This document shows, piece by piece, positions 51,710 to 62,722 of a stretch of DNA of 64,000 nt. Made by a program: the position numbers and the translations under genes. Below the pieces are notes generated by a model that was not told the DNA's origin, searched no databases, and was given only the letters and a program-made list of their open reading frames with translations. The first letter of the stretch is position 1; each line of letters starts with the position of its first letter. Origin of the DNA: an uncultured Chloroflexia bacterium (GTDB lineage Bacteria; Chloroflexota; Anaerolineae; Anaerolineales; Anaerolineaceae); NCBI GenBank assembly GCA_963753625.1, contig CAVWCP010000001.1:284714-348713 (forward strand). The letters are read 5' to 3'.

Positions 51710-52694
51710 GAGGCTCGTAAACCTCCGGATTGACACAATAGGGGATTTTATCCCCGCTCAGCCCTGCCAGGGTGTTTTCGATGGTCATTTTTGCCATCAT
51801 GCGGCGTGTGTTCAGCGAGGCACTGGCGATATGCGGGGTGATAATCACATTTGGCAATCCTAGTAAGGGATGACCTTGCGGGATCGGCTCCGGATCAAAA
51901 ACATCCAGGGCTGCACCGGCCAATTGTTTTGCCTTGAGGGCGAGAGATAATGCCTGATGGTCGATCATCGCTCCACGGGCAGTATTGATCAGATAGGCTG
52001 TAGGTTTCATCAAGGCAAATTGGGATTTTCCAAGCATCCCGCGGGATTGGGGGGATAAATAGGCATGCAGGGTGACAAAATCTGATCGTTGCAACAATTC
52101 ATTTAGTGGCGTGTAGGCTGCCTGACCTGAAAATTCGGTATCAGGTTTCTGCTCAGGTTCATAGTAAAGGATCTTCATGCCAAAACCGAGCGCGCGCCTT
52201 GCCACTGCTTTACCGATCCTGCCAAATCCGATGATACCAAGCGTGGAACCGTGGATATCTGCTCCTGCAAACACCTCAGGACCCCACGGACGCCAGATGC
52301 CTTGATGCACTTCATTATGGCTTACCACAACCTGCCGGGCCAGTGCCATCAGCAACGCCCAGGTAAAGTCTGCGGTAGTTTCAGTGAGCACACCTGGTGT
52401 ATTGCCAACAGGGATGCGGTGAAGGGAGGCGGTTTTGACCGCTATATTGTCAAAACCAACAGCAAGCTGGCTGATCACCTTTAATTTGTTTTTTGCACCC
52501 AGCAGGACGATTTTTTCATCAATATCATCTGTCAACATGGTGATCAAAGCATCTGATTCTGGCAGGTTTTTCTGAATCCAGGCACGCTGCGGCGGACGAG
52601 GTTCACCCCAGATCATCAAATTGAAGTCGCGCTTCAACGGTTCCAACAGATCTGGAAATAGCGAGCGGGTGATAAGAATGGTTTGTTTTTCCAT
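51699..52694 (-). CDS. D-isomer-specific 2-hydroxyacid dehydrogenase (glyoxylate/hydroxypyruvate reductase-like)
   Basis: Intact 331-aa ORF with the NAD motif GIIGFGRIGKAVARRA, plus NTARGAMID and ITPHIASAS. Confidence 0.9.
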   Translation of the reverse strand: MEKQTILITRSLFPDLLEPLKRDFNLMIWGEPRPPQRAWIQKNLPESDALITMLTDDIDEKIVLLGAKNKLKVISQLAVGFDNIAVKTASLHRIPVGNTPGVLTETTADFTWALLMALARQVVVSHNEVHQGIWRPWGPEVFAGADIHGSTLGIIGFGRIGKAVARRALGFGMKILYYEPEQKPDTEFSGQAAYTPLNELLQRSDFVTLHAYLSPQSRGMLGKSQFALMKPTAYLINTARGAMIDHQALSLALKAKQLAGAALDVFDPEPIPQGHPLLGLPNVIITPHIASASLNTRRMMAKMTIENTLAGLSGDKIPYCVNPEVYEPLNN

Positions 52695-52705
52695 GGGACA
52701 CCTCT

Positions 52706-52732
52706 AAAAATGCCCTGAATATTATCAGGGCA
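52706..52732 (-). terminator. Intrinsic terminator after the epimerase-family gene
   Basis: On the minus strand: TGCCCTGA-taatat-TCAGGGCA-ttttt. The gene's stop codon lies inside the stem. Confidence 0.6.
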
Positions 52733-53761
52733 TCAACTTTATTTTGAGTAACGTGCTTTTATCGAAGGAATCAAGATATTCTTCAAATGCCCGTTTTTCA
52801 TTGTATTCGGGCTTCCAACCCCAATCACGAGCGGCAGCTGAGTCATCCACGTCGCGCCGGCCAACTATCCACAATGGCCTGGCGAGCCTGGTGTGGTTCG
52901 AAGGTCACAACAGCCTGTGGAAAGGATTTCTTGACGTAGTTATAAAACTCAAGCGCTGATGGGCTGAAACTGGTGACATTGTAAACCAATTGGGATAGCG
53001 ACTCACGAGGAGCAGCTTCCAATTCAAGCAGAGAACGGACGGCGTCCGGCATGACCATGAAGGGGAGGCGGGTATCCGGGCGGACAAAACAGGCATATGG
53101 GATTCCCTGGGCTGCATGGTGCAACATTTCCGGTCCATAATCACTGGTGCCGCCCGTGGGGACTGTTACTGAGCTGATGAGACCCGGGAAACGCAGGCAG
53201 CGAAAATCAACACTGTGTTTGTTGTGATCAGCGGCTAATTGGCGGTAATGAGAGGTGTAATAACGACCGAGATGTTCACAATAGAGTTTATTGCAGCCAT
53301 ACATGGTGATCGGTTTACACCATTCTTCTTCGCATACTTTACCGGCTTTCTCTTTTTCTTCCAGGGTCGGCAAGCCATAAGCTGCAATCGAACTGGGATA
53401 GATGAATTTTACAGGCCGTCCCTGCCAGGAAGCTTGTTCCACCGCCAGGCGCAGCAGATTTAGAGTACCTTCCACATTGACCCGATGGGCTGTTTCAGGA
53501 TTGTACTCAGCCTTGGTGGAAAGGATGGATGCCAGGTGATAGATGGTGCGAATCTCAAATTCTGCCACAAGCCGGCCAAGAAGCATGGAGATCGAGGATA
53601 TCTCCCTGGATGAAGCGCTCACAATATGGGAGCAATGTGCTGTCCAAAGGTTGTACATCCATGGCGACAATGCTGTACTTTTTTGATTCTCCAAGATAGG
53701 AGATCAATCCATGCCCGATCTCTCCGTTCGCTCCGGTGATCAAGATGATCTCTTTGCGCAT
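52725..53761 (-). pseudogene. NAD-dependent epimerase/dehydratase family protein (SDR-type L-threonine 3-dehydrogenase-like); frame changes
   Basis: ILITGANGEIGHGL is in ORF 53555..53761. YHLASILS and TMYGCNKLYCE (YxxxK) are in ORF 52843..53694. The tail ..WGWKPEYNEKRAFEEYL.. was read by hand. Confidence 0.7.
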
Positions 53762-53833
53762 TCTCTTATCCTTTCTGTAATAACCTAAAAGAATAAAAAG
53801 GGTTCTGGAGAAAATCCAGAACCCTGAAAATTA

Positions 53834-54754
53834 TTAAGCTGAGCGGGGAGTCCGCTTGAACCAGGTGCGCCACTCTTGCTTCTCCCAAACGACCAGGATT
53901 GGCGCAGCGATAAAGATCGAAGAATAAGTACCGCTGAGAAGACCAACCAGGAGGATGACTGCAAATTCACGCAGGGTCACGCCGCCAAATAAAGCCAGTG
54001 AGAGGAGCAGGAACTCCACGGTCATCAACTGGGTGTTGATCGAACGTTGGAGGGTTTGCACGATGGAATGATTGGCAAGAACTTCAAAATCGAGTTTGCG
54101 GTAGATACCAGAGTTCTCACGGATACGGTCAAAGACAACGATCTTGTCCTGGACTGAAAAACCGATAACCGTAAGCAGGGCTGTGAGGTAAAGCGAATCT
54201 ATTTGCCACCCAAACAACCGCGCACCATAACCAGTGAGGGCAAGCACGATCAAAACATCATGTGCCATGGCAATGATCGCGCAGATACCGTAGCGGAAGG
54301 CGTGTTGTACTCCGCGGAAGGCAAAGGTGATGTAAATGACAACAGCGAGAGCTGCAAGACCTACTGCGAGCATGGCGCGTTTGGCTACACCCTCTCCAAT
54401 CGATGGTCCAACCGTATCTGATTTGAGGACAATAACTTCCTGGTCAGATAATTCTGTCAATGAAGCGATGATCGATGTTCGCTGTTCTTCGCTGAGGGCA
54501 GAGGAGCGCAAGATCAAGGTGTCTCCACCGCTGGTTTGAATTTGGGAATCGATGATACCCAGATCATCATAAATGGCTTTTACTTCCTCGGTTGTGGGAA
54601 GCACACCGGAGGTGTATTTGAGTTCGAGAAGGGTTCCACCTTTGAAATCAATTGACAGCGGCAATGGATTAACCGCCAGCAAGATCAGACCGGGAACGAT
54701 AATCAGCAAGGATAGGGCAAAAAACAAGTAACGTTTTCCAAGAATATTAAGCAT
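53834..54754 (-). CDS. secF: Protein translocase subunit SecF
   Basis: [22 protein letters not shown].. from ATG 54754. It has six TMs and [21 protein letters not shown]. The start overlaps the secD stop. Confidence 0.9.
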   Translation of the reverse strand: MLNILGKRYLFFALSLLIIVPGLILLAVNPLPLSIDFKGGTLLELKYTSGVLPTTEEVKAIYDDLGIIDSQIQTSGGDTLILRSSALSEEQRTSIIASLTELSDQEVIVLKSDTVGPSIGEGVAKRAMLAVGLAALAVVIYITFAFRGVQHAFRYGICAIIAMAHDVLIVLALTGYGARLFGWQIDSLYLTALLTVIGFSVQDKIVVFDRIRENSGIYRKLDFEVLANHSIVQTLQRSINTQLMTVEFLLLSLALFGGVTLREFAVILLVGLLSGTYSSIFIAAPILVVWEKQEWRTWFKRTPRSA

Positions 54755-56125
54755 TTTCAGAGCTCCTTGCACCGAACAATTTTTGATACTGGTTCGGTTT
54801 GACAGCATCAGTTGTGATACTTAGTAATGTGCGCGTCACCACAATGGCTGTGAACAGGGAAACAATAACACCGATGGCGAGCGTGAGTGCAAATCCTTTG
54901 ACGATACTGGCGCCAAATTGAGAACCAAACCAGAACAGGATAACACTGGTAATAATTGTGGCGATGTTTGAATCGCGAATTGAAGGCCAGGCGCGTTTCC
55001 AACCCAATTCGATAGCCTGTTTCAAGGTGCGACCGCTGCGCAACTCTTCTTTAAGTCTCTCAAATATAAGGATGTTTGCATCAAGGGCACTACCTGTCGA
55101 AAGAAGGAAACCAGCAATACCGGATAAAGTGAGCGTAACCGGGATCATTTTGAAGAGGGCAAATGTGATTGCGCCATAAATCGCAATGGCTACAACCGCA
55201 ACCAGACCCGGCAGGCGGTAATAAAGGATCATGAACAAGGCGACGATAATGAATCCAATTAATCCAGCGACAAGGCTTTTGTTCAGGGAATCTGCGCCCA
55301 AGTGTTGGTCCGATGATGCGGCTTTCAACAACTTCCACCGGAACAGAAAGACGACCATAGCGAAGGGTGATTGCAAGGTTATTAGCTTGGTCAGAGGTGA
55401 ATGAACCTGTGATCTGTCCGCTGCCATCAGTGATGGCGTTGCTGATCGAGGGGCAGGAGATGACTTTCTTATCCAGAACGATCGCCAGGTATTTGCTAAT
55501 ATTGGCTGTGGTGTGATCACTAAAAACCGTGGTTCCATTGGGGGTTAGCTCGAAGTCAACTGAAAAACCGCCGCTGGTACCTGGTGAGATTGTACCGTTT
55601 TGATATCCACGCCAGTCATAACAGTATGCCAAACAGTGGTATCGGTAGTGCCTTCGGTTGCTGGCTGTGAGTTCCGTTCGTATCAGCAATCGCGCCGGTA
55701 TAATCGGTAGCCACTTCAGTTCCAGGCTCAAGATAAGTGGTGCCGGCATCGATAAACTCGAGCAAACCGGTTTGTTTCACGGCAGCGATGACGTCTTCAG
55801 TGTTGGTCAGCCCAGGAAATTCACCCAGGATGTACTTATCCCCGGCAACCTGGAAAACCACCTCACTGACACCTAAGCCATTTGCACGACTTTCGAGGAT
55901 TTTGGCTGTATCGTCCAGAGCCTGGCGGTCAGGTGTTACGCCTTCCTTGGGTGCAAGTAAAACCTGCATCCCACCGCGCAGATCCAATCCAAGAACAGGA
56001 TTCAATGTGCGTTCAAAAGTGCCGATTTTCAATCCCTGGCTTCCTTCTGCCCTCGGGATATCAATCCAGATGACAAGCGCGACCAAAACCAAAATCAAAA
56101 TGAGTTTGAGATAGCGACGATCCAT
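54747..56125 (-). pseudogene. secD: Protein translocase subunit SecD; frame changes
   Basis: MDRRYLKLILILVLVALVIWI..LGLDLRGGMQVLL is in ORF 55616..56194 (ATG 56125). The middle piece is ORF 55090..55749. The C-terminal TM bundle is in ORF 54747..55538 ([27 protein letters not shown]). Confidence 0.9.
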
Positions 56126-56226
56126 ATTCTTGACGACCTCCAATACAAACAAAATCCAGCATTCGCTGGCGGGAACTGTGAAATTATACTCCAAACAAGC
56201 TATTTAAGAAATAATAATGCTGAACC

Positions 56227-56591
56227 TTAGTCCAAAAGGATTGTCAACCTTGTAACGACTTTTTCAAGAACTTCCTGTGGATTCATGTAATCGGTGTTAA
56301 CGAAGATATCGGCGTGTGCTTTGGCGTGGATGAGCCTATTTAACTGCTCCTGATACTCAGCTGGAGTCCAGTTTAGATTTCTGCGTGCAATGGTATTGGA
56401 TAGGAAGTTTCGAAGATAAATAAGGATGTCTGGATCGGTCAACTGCTGCCACATGTTCGGTACATATGAGTGTTCCTGGGCGATATGCCGGCAACTATAA
56501 CCCAGGCGTGAAAGATTGGCAATCAGGGTGGTTTTTCCTGATGCACACACCCCAACGATACCAATTAACGGAGGTCACGCCCTTTTCGCAT
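56227..56591 (-). pseudogene. Small P-loop NTPase (kinase-like), probable frame change at the extreme 5' end
   Basis: The Walker A motif is LIGIVGVCASGKTTL. ATG 56591 (MRKGRDL..) is one frame off the body of the ORF. Confidence 0.45.
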
Positions 56592-56613
56592 AAATGTTTC
56601 GAAAATCGCTTAA

Positions 56614-57360
56614 TCAATGGGATCCAAATGAATTAAACTTGGGGTGGAACCAGCATTGGGGGAACTGGGAGCCGTACAGACATACGCCGGATTTGGTCGA
56701 TTCTGCAGGCTGTGTGCGTAATACCACAACACTCATATCATCATTGGGGAGATTATTATCCATGCGGATTGCCTGGCTTAGAATTGTGTCTGCAAGTTCC
56801 TGTGCTGAAGGATCCTGGTCCTCAAGGATGCGCTTCAATAAGGGTGCAAATATCCAGGGATTGACCGGTCCGGTCACCTGCGTCGCGAATGCCATCGGTA
56901 TACATAACGATGGTAATTCCGTTTTCAAGCGGGAATTCTGTAATGGAAGGGCGGATATTGCGTGAAGTTCCAATGGAGACACTCTCGCTGGAGATGCATT
57001 CGACCCGGTCATGACGGGCCACGAAAGACCGGCGCGGGATTGTTGCGGGTGATGACGATCGTTCCGGTCTGGAGATCTGCCGAGAGAATATTTAATGTGG
57101 CAGTCACTTTGCCGCGCGTTCTGTAAAAAGTAATCAGAAGCTGCCCTGGCGCACGCTCCATCGCGGACACCTTCGGCAAGAAGGCTGATCACTTTACGCA
57201 CCACCATGGTTGAAACTGTTTTTGCACCTTTACCTGAGGTTTGACCGTCAGCAAGAACGATGGAAATTCCGCCATTTGGGCGTTCTACGATCTCAAGGGT
57301 ATCACCACTTTCTGAAGTGGAATATTTGTTGATTTTAGCGACGGCTGCATGAATTTCCAT
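56614..57360 (-). pseudogene. Stand-alone SpoIIE/PP2C-like serine phosphatase domain protein; frame changes
   Basis: SGDTLEIVERPNGGISIVLADGQTSGKGA, ITIVMYTDGIRDAGDRTG (ORF 56822..57022) and LPNDDMSVVVLR. The alternative stop is 56633-56635. Confidence 0.55.
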
Positions 57361-57507
57361 ATAAAGATTTTACAACAAAAAGGTTATGTAAAACAATAGA
57401 ACAGATTAACTCCCCAGATTATGCTTGACGATAAATCATGCTGAGGGTATACTCTATCCGCCTGTCACAAGATTGACGGGTGTGGATATTTTGACAGGAG
57501 ATTTAGA

Positions 57508-57745
57508 ATGACACCTCTTCCAAAACGAAAACTTTCAAAAGGTCGCCGTGATCGCCGCAGGTCACAGGATGCACTGCAAGCCGTACAGCCTGGTGCAATG
57601 CAGTAATTGTGGTGAAATGCGCTTGCAGCACACTGTTTGCGCCAATTGCGGTCATTACCAGGGAAAAGAAGTGCTGGATTTAGGCAAAGAAGCCAAAAAA
57701 GAAATAAATCAAACAAAAACGAGCTTGCGCTCGTTTTTTGTTTAA
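57508..57745 (+). pseudogene. rpmF: 50S ribosomal protein L32; one frame change near 57560; the true stop is probably earlier
   Basis: [19 protein letters not shown] from ATG 57508 is followed by [25 protein letters not shown] in ORF 57548..57745. As listed, the ORF reads through the terminator hairpin. Confidence 0.8.
57715..57739. terminator. Bidirectional intrinsic terminator between rpmF and hflX
   Basis: aaaaa-CGAGC-ttgc-GCTCG-tttttt. Confidence 0.7.
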
Positions 57746-57748
57746 TTC

Positions 57749-59115
57749 TCAGTCCAATTCGTCGATGAAACACATCCGGGTCAGGTTCTGGCTCTTTTTT
57801 GTTAAAGGGAGTGAATTGTGCCAATAGCCTTCCCGGGAGTTGACCCTGGATAAATACACCTTTGCGATTGTGTTCCACTCCTTTAACATGCCCTTGTTCA
57901 TGAAACAGCGAAATCAATTGTCCTTCAGTGAATGGAATCTGCACGGATGTGTCCACGAAATTCTCAAATAATTCCACCTCGATCATCTTTAAGAGTTCTG
58001 CCATCCCTGTTCCCTTTAAGCGCTGATACTGCAACAGCTTTCGGGAAGATATCGGAAATTTCCTGCAAAACATTGTCCTCAGGTAAACTGTCAATCTTAT
58101 TCAGGACGATAACCGATGGAATATGGCTGGCATTGAGTTCGGCAAGGGTTTGTTCCACTGACCGGGCTTGTTCAATGGCATTGGGATGGGTAATATCCAC
58201 GACATGCAAGCAGCAAATCGGCTTCTGAAATTTCTTCAAGCGTAGCCTGGAAGGCTGCGATCAATTGGGTGGGAAGTTTTTGGATAAATCCTACAGTATC
58301 TGTAAGTAAGCGCGTCATGCCCGCCGGGGAGGGAAATGCGGCGGGTGGTAGGATCAAGGGTGGCAAACAACTGATCTGCGACGTAACATCGGATTTGGTT
58401 AAGCGATTGAGCAAAGTGGATTTTCCGGCATTGGTATACCCAACAAGAGAGATCAGGGGAATTCGGGATCTTTTCCGCTGATTGCGATAACGCTGCCGGT
58501 GGGCACGAACTTTTTCCAATTCCTTTTTCAGGGCTGTGATACGTTTATGGATCTCACGGCGGTCCACTTCCAACTGGGTTTCACCAGGTCCGCGCAAGAC
58601 CAACACCGCCAACCCGCCAGCCCGTCCGCCACCGCCGCCAGCCTGGCGTGGCAAGGTGGGTCCAGGCTCGGGTGAGGCGGGGAAGGCGATATTCATATTG
58701 GGCCAGTGCCACCTGCAGGATACCATCGCTGGTATGCGCATGTTGGGCAAAAATATCCAGGATCAGTGCGGTCCGGTCGATAACCCTGACTGTGGCCCCA
58801 AAGTGTTCTTCCAGTTCACGCTGGTGACGGGGAGATAGTTCATTGTCAAAGATGATGATATCCGCCAGCGTTTCTTCAGCGAGCAGCCATGATTTCTTCC
58901 ACCTTACCGCTGCCGATATAAGTGGCAGGGTTGGGGGTATCCAGTTTTTGGGTGGTTTCTCCGACGATATCCAATCCCGCTGTATCCGCCAGGCGGCAAG
59001 TTCACCGAGCGAATCTTCAAGAGGGATTAACCCGGGTTCGGAGCGCAATTCGATACCGACCAGGAAGGCTTTTTCATTTGGTGGTTTGGTTGCATAGTGT
59101 TTTTACAGGTTTCAT
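57749..59115 (-). pseudogene. hflX: GTPase HflX; several frame changes
   Basis: MKPVKTL.. runs from ATG 59115. [11 protein letters not shown].., [32 protein letters not shown] (G1), LTDTVGFIQKLP and VLNKID are spread over ORFs 58581.., 58172.., 57964.. and 57465... Confidence 0.85.
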
Positions 59116-59119
59116 TAAT

Positions 59120-60295
59120 TTACCTTGCCCATTTAACCAGACGGTCCATGGCTTCTTTTATGCGGTCGGCAGGCGTTCCCAGGGAAACCCGAAGGTAACC
59201 CTCGCCATGAGGTCCATAAACAACCCCAGGAGTCGTGCTAACACCGGTCGTCTTCAAGTAAATCGGCGCAATAATTGATTGAATCGATGAAGACCATCTG
59301 GTAAAGCAGCCCAAACGTATATGGCCGCCTTGGGGACATCCAAGTTTGAAGCCAGCTGCCAGCAAACCGTTGACCACAAGGTCACGTCTTTCTTTGTATA
59401 TCAGGTTACGTTCTTCCAACCATGTTTGGTCACCAGTGAGGGCTGCCACACCTGCTGAGAAGATGGGTGCAAAATTTGAAGTATCCATCTGGCTTTTGTA
59501 AGTGAAGAGATAGTTGATAACATCAGGATTACCAACCGCCATGCCGAGGCGCCAGCCGGCCATGTTATACGTTTTTGACAATGAATTGAATTCAACGGCC
59601 ACATCCCTTGCACCCGGGACCATCATCAAACTCGGTGCGGTATAGCCATCGAAGGAGACATCGGCATAGGGTGCATCATGAGCAACCAGGAGATGATGTT
59701 TTCGTGCAAAGGTGATCACTTCTTCAAAGAATGACATGGGTGCTACTGCTCCGGTGGGATTGTTGGGATAATTGAGCCACAGGATTTTGGCTTTCTCAAG
59801 ATCGGCTTGGGAGAAGGCATTGAGATCCGGGAGGAAATTATTTTCGCGGGTAAGTGGAAAATTGATGATTTTCCCGCCGGCAATAATGCCACTGGCGCTG
59901 TAAACCGGATAACCTGGATCAGGTACCAGAGCAACATCCCCAGGATTGAGCAAAACCTGGCTGAGGTTGAAAAGACCTTCCTTGGATCCAATCAATCCCA
60001 CAATTTCAGTTTTTGGGTCAAGGTTCACCTCAAAACGGTTGAGATAATATTCCGCCACAGCCTGTTTGAACACCGGCGTACCGCCAATGGGTGAATATCC
60101 GTGAGTATCCTCTTTTTGTGATTCCTTAATCAAAACGTCAGTGATGAATTTTGCCGGGGGGAGGTCGGGTGACCCCATATCGATGCGGATCACATCCATA
60201 CCTTTGGATTTTAATTCAGCGATTTTTTTCCCCAATGCTGCAAAGAAATAGGGTTCAAAGGATGAGATGCGGTCAGCGGGAGGAAGATAAGGCAT
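59120..60295 (-). CDS. Class I/II aminotransferase (LL-diaminopimelate aminotransferase-like) with a short internally compensated out-of-frame patch
   Basis: Uninterrupted 391-aa ORF with NYPNNPTG and SLSKTYNMAGWRLG (PLP lysine). Residues GCPQGGHIRLGCFTRW look wrong, while the +1 frame reads DVPKAAIYVWAALPDG, a typical sequence for this position in the family, over about 59290-59340. Confidence 0.8.
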   Translation of the reverse strand: MPYLPPADRISSFEPYFFAALGKKIAELKSKGMDVIRIDMGSPDLPPAKFITDVLIKESQKEDTHGYSPIGGTPVFKQAVAEYYLNRFEVNLDPKTEIVGLIGSKEGLFNLSQVLLNPGDVALVPDPGYPVYSASGIIAGGKIINFPLTRENNFLPDLNAFSQADLEKAKILWLNYPNNPTGAVAPMSFFEEVITFARKHHLLVAHDAPYADVSFDGYTAPSLMMVPGARDVAVEFNSLSKTYNMAGWRLGMAVGNPDVINYLFTYKSQMDTSNFAPIFSAGVAALTGDQTWLEERNLIYKERRDLVVNGLLAAGFKLGCPQGGHIRLGCFTRWSSSIQSIIAPIYLKTTGVSTTPGVVYGPHGEGYLRVSLGTPADRIKEAMDRLVKWAR

Positions 60296-60371
60296 TGTTT
60301 TTCATATATGAAGGTTGCCTCGATTGATTTGATTAGGCTTATTATGCCACGAATCCGGTTAACCGATTCGG

Positions 60372-61273
60372 TCAGGGAATTCCCTGCAGCCAGGCAGTAA
60401 TCGTTTGACCGATAATTTCAAGACTTTGCTGCAGAAACTTTGTCAGCAGTGTCAGCGAGAGTGTGCCAATAGGGGTAATCAAAATCGATGATATCGACAG
60501 CAGGAATTCCGGCTTCGACGAATGGAACATGGTCATCCAGGATGCGAGTAACCCTCTTTATTGATAAATGTATCCTCAAAACCAAGTTGGGCAGCAGTAT
60601 CCCAGATCGCATCTGTTAGTGATGGGTTAGATCCCTTCTCGCGGTAGAGCTGTAAATCTGCATCACCAATCATATCCAAAATGACGACGCGGTCCGGTTG
60701 TTCAGTCAGGTTTTGCACAAAAGCCCGCGAGCCAATAATCCAATCCCACCCTTCAATTCTTCCCTGATCTTCAACATCAAAAAAGACCAGCCAAACCTGT
60801 TGATCGTCCCGCGTTGGCAACGTTCGCGCCAATTCGAGCAAAACCGCGACTCCGGACGCGCCATCATTGGCACCTGGAACCGGTAAGGACTTTGAACTCT
60901 CGTCGATTTCCTCTGTTGCGTATAGACGTGAATCATAATGGGCTCCCAGGAGAGTAATTTCACCGTTCGACCCGCGCCGGGCAATGATGTTATTCACCTG
61001 GTGACCTTCAAACTCAACATTTTGTATTTCCACTTTCCACCCAAAAGATTTCAATTTTTCTGTGATGTATTGTTGGGTGAGTTGATGTGCTGCGGACCCT
61101 GGTGTGCGGGGACCAAAATTGGTTTGGTCAAGGACCATCTGATAGGCAGACTCACCAGAAAAAACCGGTTTTTGTGGTTTTTCGGTGATTAGTGCATACA
61201 TCACCAAAACCAAGCCTATCAAAAATAGGATGACTAAGCCAGTCATAAAAAGCGTTTTACCGGAAAATTTCAT
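60372..61273 (-). pseudogene. M28-family metallopeptidase (glutaminyl-cyclase-like), signal-anchored; frame changes near the 3' end
   Basis: The anchor is MKFSGKTLFMTGLVILFLIGLVLV. LLGAHYDS, GANDGASGVAVLLELAR, VFFDVEDQG and DDHVPF are present. The start overlaps the trmFO stop (ATGA). Confidence 0.75.
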
Positions 61274-62621
61274 TTTAAACCATTCTCTTCCATGAACGTT
61301 GCTAATGCCATGAGGGCGCGTTTGGCATAACAATAGCCACGTTCCTGTTTGCTTTGCGGAATTTGCGCCAACGGAGGCAGCAGACCAAAATTTGCTTTCA
61401 TAGGTTGAAAACCATTGGGATCAGCATTGGTGATGTAACAATGCAGGGCACCGATCATGGTTTCCTGCGGAAAAATGAGAGGAGACTGGTCTCTCAAAAA
61501 ACGCGCGGCATTCAAACCAGCCAGTAAACCGGAGGCGATGTTACCCACGTAACCTTCAACGCCGGCAATTTGGCCGGCAAAAAATAAATCTTGCCTGGTA
61601 TTGGTCTGCAAAGTTGGAGACAAAAGAATAGGGGAATTAATGTAGCTATTACGGTGCATCTGACCAAACCGGGTGAATTCTGCCTTTTCCAAACCCGGGA
61701 TCATGCGAAAGACACGTTCCTGTTCCTGATATGTAAGGTTCGTTTGAAAACCAACCAGGTTGTAGAGGGAGGCAGCTGCATTATCCTGGCGCAATTGGAC
61801 GACTGCGAAGGGTTTTTCAGCCTTATGCGGATTGTGAATCCCGACCGGACGCATTGGTCCGAAAGTTAAGGCAGCAGCTTCCCTTTTAGCGAGGGCTTCA
61901 ACTGGAAGGCAAGCTTCAAAAAACGATTGATTAGAGGTTTGAACACCTGAAGAGACTTCGGCGTCGATCTCTGGAGAGGGGAATGCATTTTGCACTGAGA
62001 AGTGCTTCATAAAAAGCCTTGTACTCTATCCGCATTCATTGGGCAATTAATATAATCACCGACATCGTACGCTTCAAATTTGTAGCGGGAAGCCTTAAAG
62101 GCGATATTCATATCGATAGTGGAAAATTCAACAATCGGCGACAAGGCATCATAAAAATACAAATATTGAGACCCGGTGAATTCCTGGATGGCTTTGGAGA
62201 GAGCTGACGACGTGAGCGGTCCGGTGGCAACTATCGCCGGCGTCAAAGGGAGCCTGGTTACTTCTTCTCGAATCAAAGTGATATTGGGATGATTTTCGAT
62301 GGATTCGGACACCAACCTGGCAAAGGCGTGACGATCTACAGCAAGAGAATTCCCTGCCGGCAGGGAAGTTTTACTGGCGCATGCGATCAAAAGTGATCCG
62401 AGAAGTTCCAACTCCTCTTTTAGTAATCCAGATGGACGATTGCGAACGGTCGAGCCAAGTGAGTTTGAACAAATCAGTTCTGCCAGGTCGCCAGTGATAT
62501 GCGCACCCGTTGAGACTTCCGGACGCATCTCGTAAAGTAACACCGGGATGCCTGCCTGGGCCAACTGCCAGGCTGCTTCTGATCCTGCAAGTCCACCGCC
62601 AATAACGATAACTGGTTTCAT
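61270..62621 (-). pseudogene. trmFO: Methylenetetrahydrofolate--tRNA-(uracil-5-)-methyltransferase TrmFO; two frame changes near 62010
   Basis: VIVIGGGLAGSEAAWQLA and ELICSNSLG are in ORF 62007..62621. FFAGQIAGVEGYVGNIASGLLAG is in ORF 61270..62010. The link EYKAFYEALLSA lies in the third frame. Confidence 0.9.
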
Positions 62622-62722
62622 AATTAATGAGTTATTCTACCATTTTGCCCGGGAAGGCGTGGCATGGTTCTTGCACCAAAAGAAGAAATACGCTATACTC
62701 TTTTCACAGATTGGGGTTGCTA

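Noticed and set aside
8600-62621. Genuine genome decay (symbiont-like pseudogenisation) or widespread programmed frameshifting
   Set aside because: Too many indispensable genes are hit at once. The breaks often sit at homopolymers. Apart from prfB, no slippery recoding motifs are shared between sites. Artefact is the simpler explanation, but it needs read-level confirmation.
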